Shown: positions 13,601 through 25,700 of the stretch, piece after piece | Numbering within the stretch: position 1 is the stretch's first letter | Layout: each line of letters opens with the position of its first letter | Source of the DNA: Bugula neritina | Taxonomy: Eukaryota; Animalia; Bryozoa | Reading direction: 5' to 3' | Assembly: GCA_964035545.1 (NCBI GenBank) | Contig: OZ037770.1 | Span: 11,304,463-11,368,462 of the forward strand | DNA length: 64,000 bases | Translations under genes and position numbers: made by a program | Notes under the pieces: generated by a model | Databases searched by the model: none | Told to the model about the DNA's origin: nothing | What the model saw: the letters and a program-made list of their open reading frames with translations, nothing else

Positions 13601-13696
13601 AAAGAGCACTCTGTGGAGTTTGTGCTAAGAACTCGGTGGAGGTCAAAGCATTTACCTCTAGAGCTTGAATATAGACAGAGAGTGGATATGCTGTAG
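10639..13696 (+). CDS. PCGF3: Polycomb group RING finger protein 3-like (231 aa, 5 coding exons)
   Basis: Exons 10639-10699, 11727-11887, 12029-12232, 12729-12823, 13522-13696. C3HC4 [40 protein letters not shown], followed by the PCGF3-type IHQSHPL..I.LDRKMQDIVYK and a RAWUL tail [34 protein letters not shown]. Confidence 0.92.
10710..11330. repeat. Drifting 6-bp-periodic tract in PCGF3 intron 1
   Basis: (AAAAGT)n, GACACT GACAGT GACTTT, ATCATA ATGATA ATTCTT GGTCAT AGTGAT ACTCTT ACTGAT, TTAACT TCAACT. Confidence 0.65.
11472..11647 (-). mobile_element. tRNA-derived SINE family B, degenerate copy
   Basis: Reverse complement matches the copy at 44902 (GGTGATGTTAG..TCATAATTGCTCCTTTGTCACAA.AGAAAATA.GTCCTTA). 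Confidence 0.75.
11853..12012 (+). repeat. 3 x 52-bp tandem repeat spanning the PCGF3 exon 2 donor
   Basis: Unit CTCTCAGCTATAT(A/C)ATG(T/C)TGGACAGGAAGATGCAG|GTTAGTAAACTAATTC(T/C) at 11853, 11905, 11957. Confidence 0.95.
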
Positions 13697-14944
13697 GCTT
13701 TTGGCTTCACCAGAGTTTCTAATTGTCTTCCCATTTTTTGTCTTTCTGTGTGCTATCAAATAGTTACCATGGTTCTATTTATTACATATGCATCTAAGTC
13801 ATTCTAGTGTAACCAAAACCCTTAGACTAGCTTTTCATAGGAAATTCTCGTGTAATATGAATTATTTATAATATTATTCCTTTGAGAATTGTGTCCCCCT
13901 CGTGGAATATTTGTAAAGGGATTTTGAAATCAAGGAGATATAATTGATGCATAATGTGTTCTTATGCATAGAAAAGGTGTTGTACAAATGGACAGTATAT
14001 AATGATATGTAAACTTGTATATATGTACGTATGTAGTGCATTCTAATTTATTTAGCTTACTTTCTTATAGTTCATTATGAAAATGCAATTTCTATTAAAC
14101 TTATTAAATGTTAGAGTTACAATATTTCTTGTGTATGTAACTTGAAAATTTGATGGTGTATTCTTATTAAATACCTACTTTATGGTGTATTTGAGCATTG
14201 AGAATAAATGTTGTTTTATTCAAAAGTAACAGTTTTAATCATCTTATAGAAATGCTAAGGTTTGTGACGTCATATCAATTTTGAGCAGCACTAATTACAA
14301 CTGTATGGCAAGCAGGACACATTGGTATCATCTTGCTGCCCAAATCAGCTGAGATCTTTTTAATATTGGTCATTGAATACCTTAAGAAGCTGAATTTCTC
14401 AAATTTTTGGTCATGGCTGTTGGACGCTTCCAACACAAGTATGCAACATCTGTTCTGCCCAGTTTCCTTGATAATTTGAACTTTTAAAATTTACTGTAGA
14501 AACTTTTTTATTACTCTCCAATACCTGCCTAGTGGCCCTAACTTTTGAAATGATAACATATGCTCATGAGCTACAAGTAGTTGCTTGTATGCAACAATAA
14601 AAGTGAGCTATTGGAACCAAAGTTAAATGAGGTAAAAGTTAAATCACAATTGTATAATCATGGTGTACTGAAAATGGTAATCCTGAAGATAATATATAAT
14701 GTGTTGTAGTGCAACTTCCATTATAGTCAACATGGTTAGTTTTGAGGAGATAACTCTTTATCGCAGTAGCAATTATTGATGTAATTTTGTTATTGTTTCC
14801 AGAGAGGTAGGAATAAACAACTGAAATATTATTATAAATATATTAGGTACATTTAGGATTTTACTATAGTCTACAATGCAGTGAGATAAACTTTTCTTGG
14901 TGCATTCAACTGGTTTTGTTTCTAAAAAAATTATTTGATGCCTG

Positions 14945-15240
14945 CAAAACTTTTCGCCGAAAGTAAACATTAATTCCGATCTGAGAGGATTTTTATATGT
15001 TGGGTTACGTCATTTCGCCGGCGACAACGCAGTCACAAAAGGCAATCAACCATAATTATAGTAATATTATATGCCTTGTAATCACAGGCTAATGTTGACC
15101 TTTAGTTCGTTACCTATTGCAGACTCGGCTTCCTATTGCACCAATTGCTGAGGGATTATTTCGTCACCGTGACTCACCAGTCATCACTGATCACCAGCCA
15201 CTTATAATTATACTCACTGAAATCTTTTCCTGTTCAGTAA
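14945..15240 (+). promoter_or_regulatory. Probable promoter / non-coding first exon of HRG1
   Basis: CpG-rich patch (TTCGCCGGCGAC), CRE-like TTACGTCA, CCAAT. The HRG1 ATG exon begins with an acceptor (~20968), so an upstream exon is implied; assignment to this patch is inference. Confidence 0.4.
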
Positions 15241-15678
15241 TGATAATATTGTTTTAGTTTATCGTTATTATCTGTGCTGTTCAATCATAAGCTTAAGGAC
15301 ACCTTACACGGGCTTTAATCACATAAATCTTGTTTCGAGAGTTTTTAAGTTTAAGTCAATCCTCGTGACACAAACTGAAACTGGAACTCAAAGTCAAACC
15401 ATTACCATTGGAAATGTTAAACTTAATGTTATTGACTTTTACTTAATCTTATAGTTAATGTTATTCATACTGATAGTGATAGTGCAATACTTGTGGTGAT
15501 GTGGTGCTGATACTGATAGTAATATGGATTTTGTATTTTCTTGCTGTTAAGGTTATTCATGCTAAAACTAAACCGGTAAAACTAAAAGTAAAGTTCCAGT
15601 GCTCAACGACAACTGGTAGTACTAGTGGTAAACTTGAAGTACTAGTAGTAGAGTAGTAGAACTAGCAGTAGTGATACC

Positions 15679-15951
15679 TGTTGAGAAACAATCATGCGAT
15701 CCTATCGCTAATCACATTCATAACAATCACGTGACAATGTACTAACTAATTGCTGTACTAGAATCGCTGTATACTTGTTTACCCCTTCTCTTCCGTTCTG
15801 TTATACAAAAACCATCGTCATGATTTTGATTCAAATAAATATTTTATTACCAAATAATTAAATCAGTCAGTCAGTTTGCTCGATAAGTTAAATCAGCAAT
15901 CAATATCGTATTTCATAATAAATACTTTACATGATGGCAACACATTCAACA
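15679..15951 (+). repeat. 5' LTR
   Basis: TGTTGAGAAAC...CACATTCAACA, followed directly by the PBS; contains ATCACGTGAC and AATAAA. Confidence 0.97.
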
Positions 15952-16019
15952 GGTTATGGGCCCAGATGCTTTGTAGCCATCAACTTCTACCCTGCGACAT
16001 GCTCCACAAGGTAGCTACT

Positions 16020-16585
16020 AATACTAATCACTCACACTGTACAGTGTCACTCACACTGTACACAATACTACTACTACTCACTCTACAGTGTCACTCACAC
16101 TGTACACAGTACTATTACTACTCAGTACTCACTCACTCTACAGTGTCACTCACACGGTACACAATATAAATATTACTACTACTCACTGTACAATATCACT
16201 CACACTGTACACAGTATTACTATTACTCACTGTACAGTATCACTCACTATCATAGTGACTATGCAGTATCGCTCACTGTACACTACCACTCACTCACACT
16301 GTACACAGTATGAGTATTACTATTACTCACTGTACAGTATCACTCACTATCATAGTGACTATGCAGTATCGCTCACTGTACACTACCACTCACTCACACT
16401 GTACACAGTATTACTATTACTCACTGTACAGTATCACTCAGTCACTGTACACAGTACTACTCACTGGGCAGCACTACTCACTTTACATAGTATTACTCAC
16501 TGCACAGTATCACTCACTATGTAGTACTACTCACTATACAACACTACTCAGTACTCACTATATTGTACTACTCACTATATAGTAC
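16020..16585 (+). repeat. Degenerate ACTCAC/TGTACA/AGTATT repeat array inside the LTR element
   Basis: Repeated CACTCACACTGTACACAGTATTACTATTACT with larger internal duplications. Confidence 0.85.
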
Positions 16586-17582
16586 TACACACCGACACAC
16601 ATACCGGTACACACACAGACCGGCACACACAGACCGGAACACACAGACCGGAACACACACCGGCACAAAGACCGGAACACACACCGGCACACAGACCGGA
16701 ACACACACCGGCACAGACACCGGAACACACACCGGAACACACACCGGCACAAAGACCGGAACACACACCGGCACAAAGACCGGAACACACACCGGCACAC
16801 AGACCGGAACACACACCGGCACACAGACCGGAACACACACCGGCACACAGACCGGAACACACACCGGCACAAAGACCGGAACACACACCGGCACAAAGAC
16901 CGGAACACACACCGGCACAAAGACCGGAACACACACCGGCACAGACCGGAACACACACCGGCACACAGACCGGAACACACACCGGAACACACACCGGCAC
17001 ACAGACCGGAACACACACCGGCACAAAGACCGGAACACACATCGGCACAAAGACCGGAACACACACCGGCACAAAGACCGGAACACACACCGGCACAGAC
17101 CGGAACACACACCGGCACAAAGACCGGAACACACACCGGCACACAGACCGGAACACACACCGGCACACAGACCGGAACACACACCGGCACACAGACCGGA
17201 ACACACACCGGAACAAAGACCGGAACACACACCGGCACAAAGACCGGAACACACACCGGCACACAGACCGGAACACACACCGGCACACAGACCGGAACAC
17301 ACACCGGCACAAAGACCGGAACACACACCGGAACACAAACCGACACACACACCGAAACACAAACTAGCACACGCACCGGAACACACACCGGCGCACACGC
17401 CAGAACACACACTGACACGCACACAGACTGGAACACACACCGGAACACAAACCGGCACACACACCAAAACACAAACCGGCGCACACGCCAGAACACACAC
17501 TGACACGCACACACTGAAACACACACACTGACACGCACACACTGAAACATACACCCGCACACGCACCGTAACACACCGGCAC
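16586..17582 (+). repeat. 24-bp (2 x 12-bp) CCGG-rich minisatellite inside the LTR element
   Basis: Unit ACACACCGGCACA(C/A)AGACCGGAAC over ~1 kb; almost no T on the + strand; explains the multi-frame ORFs at 16563-17670. Confidence 0.95.
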
Positions 17583-17586
17583 ACAA

Positions 17587-17968
17587 AACAGCAGAAATGG
17601 TACTCAGAATACCATACCACAAGAACCTGCACAAACATGCGGAAATGACGCAATGAACGTCATACCACAAGGACCCGCACTAAACAGCAGAAATGGTACT
17701 CAGAATACCATACCACAAGAACCTGCACACAAATGCGGAAATGACGCAATGAACGTCATGCCACAAGGACCCGCACAAAACAACAGAAATGGTACTCAGA
17801 ATACCATACCACAAGAACCTGCACAAAAATGCGGAAATGACGCAATGAACGTCATGCCACAAGGACCCGCAGAAAACAGCAGAAATGGTACTCAGAATAC
17901 CATGCCACAAGAACCTGCACAAATATGCGGAAATGAAGCAATGAACGTCATGCCACAAAGACCTGCAC
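17587..17968 (+). repeat. 4 x 96-bp (2 x 48-bp) tandem repeat in the copia integrase-RT linker
   Basis: Period 96 (GCAGAAATGG at 17591 and 17687); encodes NVxPQGPAxNSRNGTQNTIPQEPAxKCGNDAM; followed by linker-like KRKCPTYQQDY. Confidence 0.9.
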
Positions 17969-18089
17969 CAGATCTGGCAAAGGCCACTGACCAATCTGGA
18001 CCACAAAAATCAGAACAGAAACGAAAGTGTCCTACCTACCAACAGGACTATGACATAGAAGACACTGACTATGCTTGCTCACTGATGGC

Positions 18090-18928
18090 AAACATACCAC
18101 AGTCCACCAAGAAGCTGTAAATTCAACAGATAGAGAAACCTAGAAAAGAGCTAAGGACAAGAAAATGAACACCCAAAATAATTCAAAACCTGGTCTATCC
18201 AGCTGCTACCCCAAGACAGGACAGAGACTAAGGGCAGATGGATTTCACACACTCAAACAGGGAAAAACCATATAAAACTAGATATGTAGCAAAAGGATAC
18301 TGACAAATACAATGAGTTGACTATGATGAAACGTACAGTCCAACCACCAGATTCACATCGATCAGATTGCTGTTACAGAAAGCAGCAAAATGAAAACAAG
18401 AAGATACATCAACTAGATGTTGAAGAGGCGTACCTAAACACGCCAATCATTAAGGAAACCTACCTACAACAGCCTGAAGAGTACGAAGAAACCAGCAACC
18501 AAGGGAAGCTTTCTTGGCGTACCAACAGATCCATATATAGGGCCTCAAACAAAGCAGACGCTATTGGCACCAAACATTTACCACTTTCCTCAAGGAACAA
18601 GGCTTCACACCTGGTGCCGGAGACCCTTGTCTATACTCAAAACAGGACCTTTCAGACCTTGTGCAAAACATTCAAGATAAAACAGAATAACCCTAACACA
18701 GTTTTCACCAACAACCTTGGAGCCATTGCCCTCACTAAGGGACAACCATACTTACATAAGAGGAGCAAACACATTGACATTAGATTCCACATTGTCAGAG
18801 AGCAAACCACCATAGTATACCAACACATCAGAGGAGCTGAGAACCCTGCCAATGTCATGACTAAGAGCTTGCCTAAAACCAATCACAGAATTGCCCTGGA
18901 GCTACTAGCCATCAAATCACATGCTTGA
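18090..18928 (+). pseudogene. Copia pol remnant: N-terminal RT fused by deletion to the RNase H tail
   Basis: KGRW, YKTRYVAKGY*Q, DYDETYSP, IHQLDVEEAYLN, YLQQPE, SIYGLKQS (across frameshifts), then NLGAIALTK, HKRSKHIDIRFHIVRE, NPANVMTKSL. Several stops and frameshifts; YVDD region absent. Confidence 0.9.
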
Positions 18929-18935
18929 GGGGGCG

Positions 18936-19208
18936 TGTTGAGAAACAATCATGCGATCCTATCGCTAATCACATTCATAACAATCACGTGACAATGTACT
19001 AACTAATTGCTGTACTAGAATCGCTGTATACTTGTTTACCCCTTCTTTTCCGTTCTGTTATACAAAAACCATCGTCATGATTTTGATTCAAATAAATATT
19101 TTATTACCAAATAATTAAATCAGTCAGTCAGTTTGCTCGATAAGTTAAATCAGCAATCAATATCGTATTTCATAATAAATACTTTACATGATGGCAACAC
19201 ATTCAACA
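18936..19208 (+). repeat. 3' LTR
   Basis: Matches the 5' LTR except CCTTCTCTTCC vs CCTTCTTTTCC. Confidence 0.97.
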
Positions 19209-20998
19209 ATACCATCACTTGCATAAACATTTACTAATTACTATAGGAACTCTTATCACTTTTCACTTTGTTTTTGTAGTTGTAGTACTACTAGTACAAA
19301 CTACAAATCAATATGAATATGAGATGTTTGTGAACACTCACACTGAATTATAGTTACAATGGCAATGAATAACTGGAAGATAAATATTTCATCACTAATG
19401 TCTAATCACTGTGTTTCCTGCTACTACTTTTTGACAAATTTAAGATACTTTTACAGTTATGGTTATACCAATACTTAGTACCACTAACTTAGTAGTAGTA
19501 AGTATTAGTATAATACTAATAGTAATAGTAACACCAATACTAATACTAATAGTAATAGTAATATATATTAAAACTATTTATAATTTATTTTAACAATTGC
19601 TTGCTAATTAATTCTAGTAACAACTTGCTTGCAACTCTTCAAATCAGTAGTTGCAGTTATAAGTTAATAATATGATAATCATACTCATAGTGTTCAGTTG
19701 CTGTCTTGGGCTTTTGTGATTGTTAAATATACCTAATATATGTTTCGTTTTTGATTAACTTTTTTATAATAGTAAAGTTAAAGTATTTGATAAAAAATGT
19801 TCAAGAGTGTATTATTTTTAATTTTCATGGGACAGTTATTGTAGGTATTATGTGTATTTTTCAATCTACATGAGCTGATAACTGGTAACAGATAACTGAT
19901 AACTGGTAAATAATTCAAACTCAACAAAATGTAGCAGAAAGTAGTCAATAAAAATATTGTTTTTACACAGTTTCATCTTCACTACTACTTTTAAGAATAA
20001 TAATATAATTTTCTAGTCAGAATATATATGTGTGTATGTGAATTATTTGACACAGTGACAGTTTTCAATTGCAGCAATAAACGGGCATTTAATTTGTTTC
20101 CAGAAACTAAAAAACCTGGACAGTCGAATAAAAATTCACAAAAGTGCCAAATAAATTTTTTACAAACGTCAAATTAAGCAGCAAATTAAGAAAATGTAAT
20201 TAATTTATAAGAGTGCTAATAGTTTATGTGTGGGAACCTGTCCATGCAAAATATTTCATTTTATGAAACATTTACATGAACATCTACATTCTATACGACT
20301 AAGACTTGTTGAGCTTATGTCAGATATTCTAAGAATCATGCTGCATTTGCTGTGTTTACAGTCATAATATTGTAAATTTTAGTAATGATTGAAACAGATG
20401 AATAGATTCTTTATAAAAAATGCAAATTCATCTGTTTTTCGGTAGAATTGTGAAAAATAGATTTATGATATTTTGTTTTACATAGTTTCTTCACACTCTG
20501 AAATTGTCATTGTATGTTGTTTAGTCTTGGCATAAATAAGTAAACAACTCTAAATGTAGATTGTTGATACCAGCATAAATGTTTAGTGTCCCATCAAATG
20601 TCCAAAGTTAATTTCCAAACAAACGCCTAATGGTTAAATATTTTTAATTGCATTGTGTTGTAAATAGCGTTTAGGACTCATTGCTTTGAACTGGGTTTTC
20701 TCTCCTAACATGTTGAGTATTTCCATGTCATAGCTCAATAACAACGATTTTCGATCAGTTGACAGTTAGCTAATGTTCAGTAGATTTTAAACAAAGTGCT
20801 ACGTGTTATGAAATAGGCAAATTAAATGGGCGTGTCATGCATTTAATAATCTTATCTACACAAAGTTATTCATCTGTCAAGTGATATTCACGTGGCTCCA
20901 AGTCTTAAATACAGAAACTTATAAAAGGGTATTTCTAGTCATTTTACTATCACTCAATGTTTTATTAGGTAGAAGGTGAGCAGCATAGTTGTTTAACA

Positions 20999-22795
20999 AT
21001 GGTGGATAGAAAACGCAAAATCAAGTTTATCTTCAAGCTGGTGGGCGCCATAACAGGAGCCTGTGTGGGAATCAGTGCAGGGGCTGCATTTAAAGCTGGT
21101 TTGAATAATATAGATGCCAGTATATTTGGTTATATATCCGGTAAGATGTGTTTATTTATATATATAACTATTCTCAAATAAATATCCAGAATCTATAATA
21201 TTTGCTCATAGAGTGAATAATTTACTCAAACGTTACTTACAATATGCTAAATATCATTTTCACAAACTTTTCCTGTAGCTGTTAACATCATATGTTAATT
21301 AGATTGGAAGTTCTTCTAAGCCAGCTGAATAATTCAACGATGCGCTTGTGAATGTTTTTATCACCAATTCAGACATAGTCTGTAATCTAACAGTCACTCT
21401 GTTATATGCATAGCCTGTGGCCCACAAGCAATTTTGGCAACTTTGATTTGGCTTAATATTTTATTCATGTTTTTTTGTTTGGAATGTCTGAGATTTTAAA
21501 TACCAGAAATGTGTTGAAGGATAGAGAACTTTCCTAATTACCAAAATTATGCATTATGGACCTCTATCATAAACAAACTTTGATTTTTGAGTGGCTAGTA
21601 GAATAAAATTAAGTATGCCGCAGCCTTAACTCTTATTTCGTGATTTTAAGTTGATTTGTTTGCTCAGTGTGATAAACACTACTTACTCTCCGCAATGACC
21701 CGGGGTTATAAGGGCAATTGTTACCATTCATATATACTTATCTAGTTCATACCATCACCTGGACGTTATTTCCTATTAGCTGTCTATTTTAGTTGTGTCG
21801 CTGTGATAACTGCTCCTGACCGCTACTATTTCTGCCCACACTTACCAGCTACTTACAGTGTATATGTATTTTCAGGTGCATTTGCTATAGTGACTGCTAT
21901 AATGCACATACATTATGCAAAGGGGCGGTTTACTTACGACAATAGTCATCTCCTGAAGTTATTGATGTACATTGGGTGCTTTGTACAACTTGCGGGATTT
22001 GTCTCCTTTGTTGTCTATTTAGTCCTTGGCTGTCTCTATCAAACAGGTAATTAACATGGAGCTAATTTCTAACCGCCACCTAGTCATTGACGAATGCAGC
22101 AGTCTAAACTCATTTAGGTGCAGTAGTGGAGAAATTTAGATAGCCTAAGCTCTTTAATTTTATTAAGTTTTGGTGTTGGGTGCAGGTTGAAATTCTTGAG
22201 AGAACATAACTTTTTTTGCTACATTTTTAATGTAGAACCCAGGCTTTTCTCAGTTTCTCCATTACTGCACCCACCTCTCTAAACTGGTGTTAAATACAAT
22301 ATTGTATTATAAACGAACTTCAGCTGAATTTAATAAAAATTAATAACTTATATTATTTTTCAAATTTTTTGGTAATTTTTTTTTCATTGATATGTTTATT
22401 TAAATTATCGGTTTATAAGTAAATAACATGGTTGAGAATGATGAGAGTTTTATAACTGTGAAGTGGAGCAGATGTGCTTTATATATAACTTTGAAACCAA
22501 AATTAAAACTCTTTAATAAATAAACGCATCATACATTTGCAACCTTAGGCAATAAAAACCTGATGAATCCCTGCATGGAATTATAGAATCCGAAAATGTG
22601 GTATTTGAAAAGACATTTTTTTATTTTTCAGACAAGTTTATAGTGGTGGGTCGAAGTTACTTTCTCACGTGTGTTTGGTGCTTCATGACCTGGAAGTGGG
22701 GATTTTTCCTCTTCTTACACGCCCGAACCTATTACAAAGAAATAATGAAAGCCGCAGAAGATGGTTACCACGATCCAATAAACGAGGAATCATAA
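20999..22795 (+). CDS. SLC48A1: Heme transporter HRG1 (158 aa, 3 coding exons)
   Basis: Exons 20999-21140, 21876-22046, 22632-22795. Four hydrophobic segments, TM2 histidine (TAIMH) and SYFLTCVWCFMTWKWGFFLFLHARTY, matching the HRG1 motif [26 protein letters not shown]. Confidence 0.92.
22111..22277 (-). mobile_element. MITE family A, copy in HRG1 intron
   Basis: CATTTAGGTGCAGTAGTGGAGAAATTTAGATAGCCT...AGGCTTTTCTCAGTTTCTCCATTACTGCACCCACCTC. Confidence 0.8.
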
Positions 22796-25700
22796 ACCAT
22801 ATTGGCCTACAGTTTAGATATTGCATAATTTTCTATGCTTTGATATTTACAAAAAGTTCTTTCTCATGTGTTCAAAGCTTACTCTTTAGTTAGTAAGGTT
22901 TCTTCACAGGAAGCTAATAATTTTATACAAGTCATGTGAATGTCTGACTGTCACATGTTTACTATTGCGAAATTTTGTTGCAATATGACAGCTTTAGTCA
23001 CTGGCATGTATTTATTATTACATTATATATTCAGCTGTTGCAGATTAATTAGTATACATCACGTGATCACTGTTTACAATTTCAATACGTCTGCAACTGC
23101 GATGATTATTTGCAAACCACAGCTGATATAATCATGTTTACACCCAGAGCTGGAAGATTTATTAGAAAGTATGAAATAACTTTACTCATTGCCTGGATAC
23201 TTCAACAAATTCGTTTACCGTTTTATTATCTGCTGCCCATTCTGTATAATAGTGATGATATACTTTCTTTTACCTGATTGATGAAACTTAAATGCATATT
23301 ATTTATATATAAATGTTTTTATAACTTTTGTAAAAAATAAATTATATGCAATTATACCAATTGTATGCTGGGATATGATTTACAATAGCTTTACATAATC
23401 ACAGTGATAAAGGTTTAAACTCAGCCAAATTAGATGTTACTAGTAAAACTTAGCTGTGACAGTCCCCTTTAGGTTTACTTAGTTTACAATAGTTTCCGGC
23501 AAATGTTAGCCTGTCCTTTTATAATCTTCATTGCTAAAAATTATATACATATACATATTTTTGGAGAATTGAACTGCAATTTATAGTAACAGTTGAGAAG
23601 ATAACTCTCTGTTGCAATGATGTAATACTGTGTTGATGAGTACTGCTTGCTAAGGTGCTTACTAATGTCTTGCATTAATCCTAAAAATAGTTTGATGAAG
23701 CAATCTTTTATTTGCAAAAAACGCTTTGATCTGTGTGCAAAAAAACACTATTTCCTTCACTAGATGATTATTGATAATCCCACAATTTAGGTACATCACT
23801 AGTGCCCTATAGTATCCCAAGAGTGCTGTAAAAACACCCTGTAATGGTGACTTCAACTAATTTAGTCTATAATAGAATCTAGATCCGTGTTTCTAATTTT
23901 ATAGAGTCACGACTTTTACAACAAGATTTATTGCATTTTCCTAAAGTGAGAACATAACTCTCTATGTACATCCGTTGGAACTTTATTGTGGGTAAAAGAA
24001 ATGACTTTCAACTGTGATGGTCAGCTCAAACAAAATTATGACAGCACGTCATGACCCACAGTACAAGAAACAGCTGTGCCTGCTGATGTTTTAAGAAAGA
24101 AATATTTCTTTATATTTAGAAACTTGGCAGTTTTATCATTATATAATCCTAGTCTAGAAACCTTGGTTTATTCATATAATCTAATATAATGAAAAAGAAT
24201 ACACCACTAGTATTTTTATACCTGCTTTAGTAGAATATGATTACTTAATGAATAAAAAAATTTTAACATTTATTTCAATGTTTTGGCAAGCACTAACAAT
24301 TCTATTTTTTTTAAAGTAAACTATGATGAACTAAAACACCATTAAAAGCTGTGCACCAGTCATAAGTCATGGTATCTGCTGCAAATAATAAACTTTGTAA
24401 GCAACTGAAAGAGCAGTTAAAGAAGCAAATTATTTTGTTTTAAGAATTTATTGTACATCAAGCGCATGAGCTAAAACATAGGCAGACATTAAAATCATAA
24501 TAATTATATATTTGAAATAATAGTAGGATGATTTGGAGTTGTGTTCTCACAAGCTCTTCATGTTGATCATACGAATAATAAAATATTTGGAATATTATTA
24601 TGTTGCCAAATGTACTATTGACTAAATTGATTTGAAGCATGCCTATTTGGTGTATCTTGATCACTAGCTGTTTGAAAGGTGATATTTTTGTACAATGTAC
24701 TTGATGTCACCAGTGTTTACCCCTACCAGCTCTCAGTAGATGTAGTAACTATATACATATATAACTGCTAATATATATAACATATAATTACATATTAATA
24801 AACCAATATAACTAATAGTCTATCATTATAATATCCCTGCAATACATCAAAAAACTATTGCAGTATAAAGACATAAATTCTGTGAAAAATCGCCCCTCAA
24901 AGTCATATACAAAACTTTAACAGTTTTTAACTCTCTAAATCTATTTATATTACGAAGCTGTGCTTCACAATTGCTTTAAAGAGCCTGCTGAAAACATATT
25001 TAGATTTAGGCACTTTTTATAAGATTTTTCAACATGCAGTGAGTAAATAATTATTTATTTTGCTAATAACATATATACATATGCGTCGCATTTGCTGAAA
25101 TATTGAAAATTTTACTCTGTATAACAAGTCACAACAAGTTTTAAAAAATTATAAGACCCAACATCACCCAATTAGTCAAACGCCGACTACATTGATTTTT
25201 TATTCATTTACTAATAAAGCTATAAACATTTAAAGATTTATCAACTTAACTTAAATAGTGGAGCAAAGAGAAAGTTTAGTAGCTCAAGTGTCAAATGACT
25301 TTTTAAAAATTTTGACTTGAAATGGCAAATTGAAAAATTATTTTTTTGATACGTTTCAGATCTAGAAAGCAGGCTTTGTCCAATTTCTCAATTACAGCTA
25401 CTCCACAGAACTGGAATCTCAATAGTCTATAGAGAAATACAGCTTTAGTAGAAAACTAGCAACTGCGTGAGTCATACATTACAGGAAGTCTAGATTGTAT
25501 CATTGATCATTTTTGGCGTATAATATATGGCTGACATCTATAAACTGATCAGCGTTTTTAGTGCTCTGAAAAGATGTAAAGATCTCAGTGATCCCAAGTG
25601 AAAAAGTATGTAATTGATATGACAACTAACAAACAATGATTTCCAGTGTAGTGCCTTCTGTGATGATCAAATTGCAAACAATATTACCACATTTCAGATT

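Larger units (their letters stand above)
15679..19208 (+). mobile_element. Non-autonomous Ty1/copia LTR retrotransposon (3.53 kb), recent insertion
   Basis: Two 273-bp TG..CA LTRs with one mismatch by eye; 5-bp TSD ATACC (15674-15678, 19209-19213); copia-type PBS GGTTATGGGCCCAG at 15952; PPT GAGGGGGCG before the 3' LTR; broken RT/RNase H remnants. Confidence 0.97.

Noticed and set aside
14270-14560. Small minus-strand gene between PCGF3 and the HRG1 promoter
   Set aside because: The open frame lacks a compatible acceptor or clear start, and the apparent intron would be only ~29 nt.
16563-17670. Long ORFs in several frames on both strands (261-361 aa)
   Set aside because: Artefacts of a stop-free minisatellite inside the LTR element; no domain content.
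16586-17968. CRISPR-like appearance of regular repeats
   Set aside because: No unique spacers, no cas genes, eukaryotic context.
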